Of a DNA stretch of 64,000 nt, positions 58,811 to 64,000 are shown piece by piece. Position 1 is the stretch's first letter, and every line of letters begins with the position of its first letter. Origin of the DNA: Eledone cirrhosa (taxonomy: Eukaryota); contig OZ024740.1 of the NCBI GenBank assembly GCA_964016885.1, positions 194,122,001 to 194,186,000 of the forward strand. The letters are read 5' to 3'. The translations under genes were made by a program, and so were the position numbers. The notes under the pieces were generated by a model. That model was not told the DNA's origin and searched no databases. It saw nothing but the letters and a program-made list of their open reading frames with translations.

Positions 58811-59769
58811 TATATATATTCATTTAGGTGAAATTCCATGACAAGCTTTACGTTCTTATGGAATTATTTTAAGAGATTGCAGATGTGATCTCAAGTTATA
58901 TTCCTTCGAGTTTCTTTTTTTTTCGTCTGATTCCAATTCTAGGTGAGAAAATCAAGAGTGGGAATGAGAGAAAAGAAGGTATTGTGACGTAATTCTCTAA
59001 CATATCTTCCTAGTAATATTTTGCAAAATATACAACTTCGTTACAAGCGGAGAAATAATCCTTTTGAATGAAATTCATACTGTGGGAAATTATATTTGTA
59101 TTGAATACTTATTTATGTATAACATTTATTTCATAGCAATAACTCATAGTATGCAATTATTAAGGTAATTACCTCCACTGGTATAGGGATTTTTTGTTAT
59201 TCTGTCGGCCTGTTTTTTTTTTTGTTTTTTGTTTTGTTTACATACATTCATTACCCGGAAGATATAAAATCTGTGAAACCTAACTCATTATTGAGTACAA
59301 ATAGTAAATATCTCTGGTAATGTAATTACCGCTTCTGATATTAAAATATAATTTATATTTTTCTCTTCTAAATGCGGAATGATTAATTTACGATGCTGAC
59401 GGAATATTTTATCGAAATTATTTATTAATTTATTTTTTAGTTTTTAGTCAATCTTTCTTCTGCTCGAGAATCCACACACATGACGCATATTTGAATATCA
59501 CAAAATATAGATGTATATATGAATATATTATATGTGTGTGAGAGTTAATATATGGATGCGTGCGAATATATGCGTGTAGGCACGTGCAGGAGAAAGATGA
59601 ATTGTAGTAAATGTTGCTTTTGTTGTATGATGAATTATGTATTCACTTTTGAATCCGGGAAAATAAACAGCCAAAATTCTATAGCGCTTTCTTTTTAGGC
59701 AGATTTGACCAATTGAACAGAATATTAACTTTTCAATTTTTATTATTATGAACAATATTAGGGCAGTGG

Positions 59770-59985
59770 AGTGGCAGTATCGGTAGAGGGCCGGACGCAT
59801 GCTTTGCAGCATAGAGTTACGGTCCTTTATGATCTGAGTTCAAATCCCACCGAGGTTAACTTTGCCTTTCATCCTTACGTGGTCGATAAAATAAAGTACC
59901 AGTCACGCACTGGGGTTGATTTAATCGACGTTCCCCTCCGCCAAAATTGCCGGCCTTGTGCCTATATAAGAAACGATTATTATGA
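59770..59985 (+). mobile_element. tRNA-derived SINE
   Basis: Same family as 25841-26020, with a longer 3' part. Confidence 0.88.
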
Positions 59986-60631
59986 ACAATATGGAATTGA
60001 TTGTTAAGAGTAAATTTCATGAAACCGGTAGATGAATAGTTTAGTGTATCATGATTTATGAGTAAAATAAAGGTTTGTAAATTAATAAAATGACCAGGTG
60101 TTCCCATAAACAAGCAGCGTTCATATAGTTACAATGTTTCAATACCTAAGGGCAAATTAAAATTATTCTTTGAATAAGAAATATAAGTCAGATTTTGAAT
60201 TAATCTATAGAAACATATCGTTTCACATTCCTGCTCAGTGAGATCACTAGTACAGTAAATTGAAAATACCATACTATAACACACACACCACGCGTCCAGA
60301 AAACAAGAAATAGACACACCCATACACAAGCAAACATACAAACAAATAAACAATATCAGACGCTAACACGGATACACACAAACGCCATATATATCTATAT
60401 CTATATATGTGTGTGTGTCTACGTTTGTTCATGGTTAATTAAGGAAATATATGAAAATCTATATAGGTATGTAGATGAATGAATAAGTACAAATATGAAT
60501 TCAATTTATATAGCTTATAATATCCATCATTACATGTTCGTACCATATTTATAATGAATGAAATGTGTTTTCTTAAAACAACGTTATGTTGTTCTCTTCA
60601 ATCACTGAATAGTAACATTCACTTTCTAAGA

Positions 60632-60820
60632 AATAATTGTTTCTACTTTTGGCACAAGGCCAGCAATTATCCAGTGCATTACAGGTAATTTATTTTATCG
60701 ACCCTGTAAGGATGAAAGGCAAAGTTAACCTCGGCGGGATTTGAACTCAGAATGGCAGGGCCGTAACTCTATACGTCAAAGCATGGCGTCCGACCCTCTC
60801 CCGATACTGCCAATCCATCG
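60632..60820 (-). mobile_element. tRNA-derived SINE with 18-bp TSD
   Basis: cactttctaagaaataat at 60620-60637 and 60821-60838 flanks a full copy. Confidence 0.9.
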
Positions 60821-60882
60821 CACTTTCTAAGAAATAATACGAGTAATACAGAATCATGATACGTTTAGAGATAAATGTCTTA

Positions 60883-61070
60883 AAATAATTGTTTCTACTG
60901 TTGGCACAAGGCCAGCAATTACCCAGTGTATTACTGGTACTTTATTTTATCGACCTCGTAAGGATGAAAGGCAAAGTTAACCTCGGCGGGATTTGAACTC
61001 AGAATGGAAAGGGCCGTAACTCTTTGCGTTAAAGCATGGCGTCCGACCATCTATCGATACTGCCAATCCA
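60883..61070 (-). mobile_element. tRNA-derived SINE
   Basis: Full copy of the same family. Confidence 0.88.
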
Positions 61071-64000
61071 ATGAAGCGTGATAGGTCTCTTCTGAAACCT
61101 GGAATTATTTATTTAATCTGGGAATATTTAAAATATACATATACTAAAATTAATATATAATGAATCGGTCATTTCAAAGATATTATATTTCCCAAATAAT
61201 CTATAGTGACATGTTAATAAATAATCTGAATTTACAGCCAATATTAGTCATGAACATATAGTTGCTATTCTTAAATGTCGTGCACAGCATTTGATAAATT
61301 CAATTTTCTTCATGTTTACCTACTAATTATAATCAATTATAATTTATTTGTATGGAATAATAAATAATTAATAAGAAAATGATATTCCTTTTAGAATAAG
61401 ATTAATAAAATCTTCACTGGGCGACATACTTCTATACGAAACTCCTTTACAAAACCAAAATCTATCTAATTAACCGACAGGAGACATTTTTGAGAATGCA
61501 TTGTCAACATGCAATTTTATATAGTCTTACATCTATTGTATTAAATTTCCCATAGATAACTCAAGCATATCGGCGGACCTTTTACTTTACTCATTATATT
61601 ATCATGAGTCAATGAGATGGTATTGCTTGATCTGTTAGAATTAGCAGCCAGATGCCTTATTGAAAGGGAAATTACACATTGGATGTTGCAGCTTTTAGAA
61701 CGGGGCAGTTCTGGCTGGAATTCTTTCGGTAATATATTTTAGCTATTACAGATAAACAGGGCTAAAGTACAACTTTTCATTATGTTTCTATTTCATCTTT
61801 TCTTGAGAGATAACGACACGTGTGCTTATAGTGCCCCCATTAATGCACTATGCGTTAGAATAAACTGCTAGTCACCATTACTGGTGCTTCAGAATATCAC
61901 ATATATAGTCACATTAATTGAAATACATTTTAAAAGAGGTTATCAAGTGTTATATAACAATTGGATTCAATTTACAAGTATTCTATCAAGCTACTAAAGA
62001 ATCGTTCGGCTTACCAGTACATTAAAAGGATAAGTTCTAAAGATAATGTAGTCTTAGATTTACCGTTCTTTAGAGACGAACTGAGTGGTCTTATCTGCCA
62101 TGCCTATAGTAATTGATCAATCGAATTAATGCTGTCATGGAGATAAATAAAAGTATCTACAATTAATATCTAATCACATAGCCTCATAGAATTTACTTTC
62201 TTAAACAATAGTTCACGTGTATGTATGCATCTACCGCGTTATCCACAAGCTGTGATAAAGTGTCAATTAAGATGTCTTCTGAATTGCCCTTATAACTAGA
62301 TAAGGTTGTACAGGATGTTTCTAATAGCAATCTCTAAACTGAACGTATTAATCTTGTAAAATTCAGTTGTCATCAATGAATGGATTAATGTCTGTTGAAA
62401 GTTTAATTTAGCTATCAAAATTGCGTAAGAGTGTAACGGGAAAAGGACTTAAATTTCGAGTTAATTAAAGCATATTTTCAATGCTGAAAATAAATATATT
62501 TCAAACACCATTTATATTCTTGTGTATGTACGAATCATTTCTATCGTTTATCGTGTACAATGTCCTTATTTTTCTCATTAATTCTCATAAAATTGTTCAG
62601 ATATTCGTAAATACGTTTTCCAAATTAAAATGTTTTATGTAACCAATGTAAACACATGTAACGTTTCAGAACTGTATGTAGTATGGTTAATTTGAATGGC
62701 ACTTACAAAAGAGTTGGTGTTTTAATGGTGCCAAATATATTAAAGCATTTTGCTACTGCAAATAAAGTGATTAACGCGTTCTGATTTAAGTAGCAGTGAA
62801 ACATAATATTTTAAATACACATTTGAGAATTCAGGAAATTATGGTTATAGTTGCTTTTGACTTTGCACTCATCAGATATTTTAAGGTTATCTTTCTATTC
62901 CCAATAATTCATTTATGTGCCTCCTCAACGTTTAGTATGAAATAGGTTTATATATCTAGACCGGGGTGTCACTTTAAACGTTTGCATTGTATCATTGTGT
63001 CATTATTGTATTCTAATGCTCGGCGTACCGACATATGATCGCAACAGAGTGGATTTGTTGTTCTTAATGAAATTCTAACAGTAAATTTCATATTAAGACA
63101 AGTAAATGATATATATTCTGGATTGTTTATTGATGGCTTTTGTCGATTATGTTTTAGAAGCTCTAACACGTTTTCTGTTCAGATTATTCCATTATGTCAA
63201 TAATAACTGGTTGTATCCTGAAATTACTGACTTGGTTCTTAAATTAGAAACCACGATTATTAATTTAGAAGGCGGTGAGCCATTGGGGAAATTGTTAATG
63301 GCATTGGACAAAATGCCTTGTCTTATTTGTTCTGCCTTTATTTCCCGAGGTCAAATCACGTCGATGTGACATATACTATTCATGCTTCCGGTATCGATAT
63401 AATGATGTACCAATCAAGTATTGGAATTGATTTAATTTACTTCCCTACCCCACTTAAATTGTTGGTCTTGTGTCTAAATTAGAAACCGTTACTAACAACA
63501 TTTCATATACATCTTCATTGAAATTCACCTTAAAAAAATGTAACGACTCTCTGACGTTATCATCCATATAAATGTTGGCGTACCCAACTTCATCTGGAAA
63601 TCCTTACATACTATAATGTATGCACTGAAGTTAAATGTATAACGAAATTTGCGTTTATAGAATATAACAAGTTTACACAAGTTCTGATATATTGATAACA
63701 AAATCTAGTTAAACAGTGGATTTCGCTGAAAGCTTTAAAGCTACGCTTCATGTAGGTTACCTTAGAAAAATAAAGATATGATAGCATTTACACAGTTAAC
63801 GATTTGTTCTTTGCTAAGTATTTTTATATTATGATCGCTACTTGCGTTTACAGAAATATATCTATCTTTCAAACATTTACTTTATCTTACATGTATCTAA
63901 GCATTGATGTATCAATATTATCTTCTACCAAAGTTTTTTTTTCTGAATTGTCTAGTGAAAAGTCAAATCTTTTCGAAACTAAAATAGATCTCAAAATTAC

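Overview
Gene-poor, AT-rich eukaryotic DNA. The SINE families and very long (TA)n/(CA)n tracts suggest an octopus or other coleoid cephalopod; this is inference, not verified. No host protein-coding gene is supported. Most long ORFs in the track are translations of (TA)n microsatellites. The window is a nest of mobile elements: a frameshifted Helitron Rep/PIF1 fragment, a young 5'-truncated CR1/L2-type LINE, RTE and HERO-like LINE remnants, a mariner-type MITE, about ten tRNA-derived SINEs, a degenerate U6 snRNA copy, and many Penelope-like elements (PLEs) of at least two clades sitting in (TA)n. The most striking signal is non-coding: by eye I count about 21 type-I hammerhead ribozyme (HHR) motifs, some intact and others variant or decayed. 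They lie in PLE pseudo-LTRs and in ORF-less 0.6-1 kb mini-elements with PLE architecture (inverted 5' copy, partial tandem unit, TA target). These look like retrozyme-like non-autonomous elements that could make roughly 440-470 nt self-cleaving or circular RNAs. All folds were read manually and boundaries are approximate.
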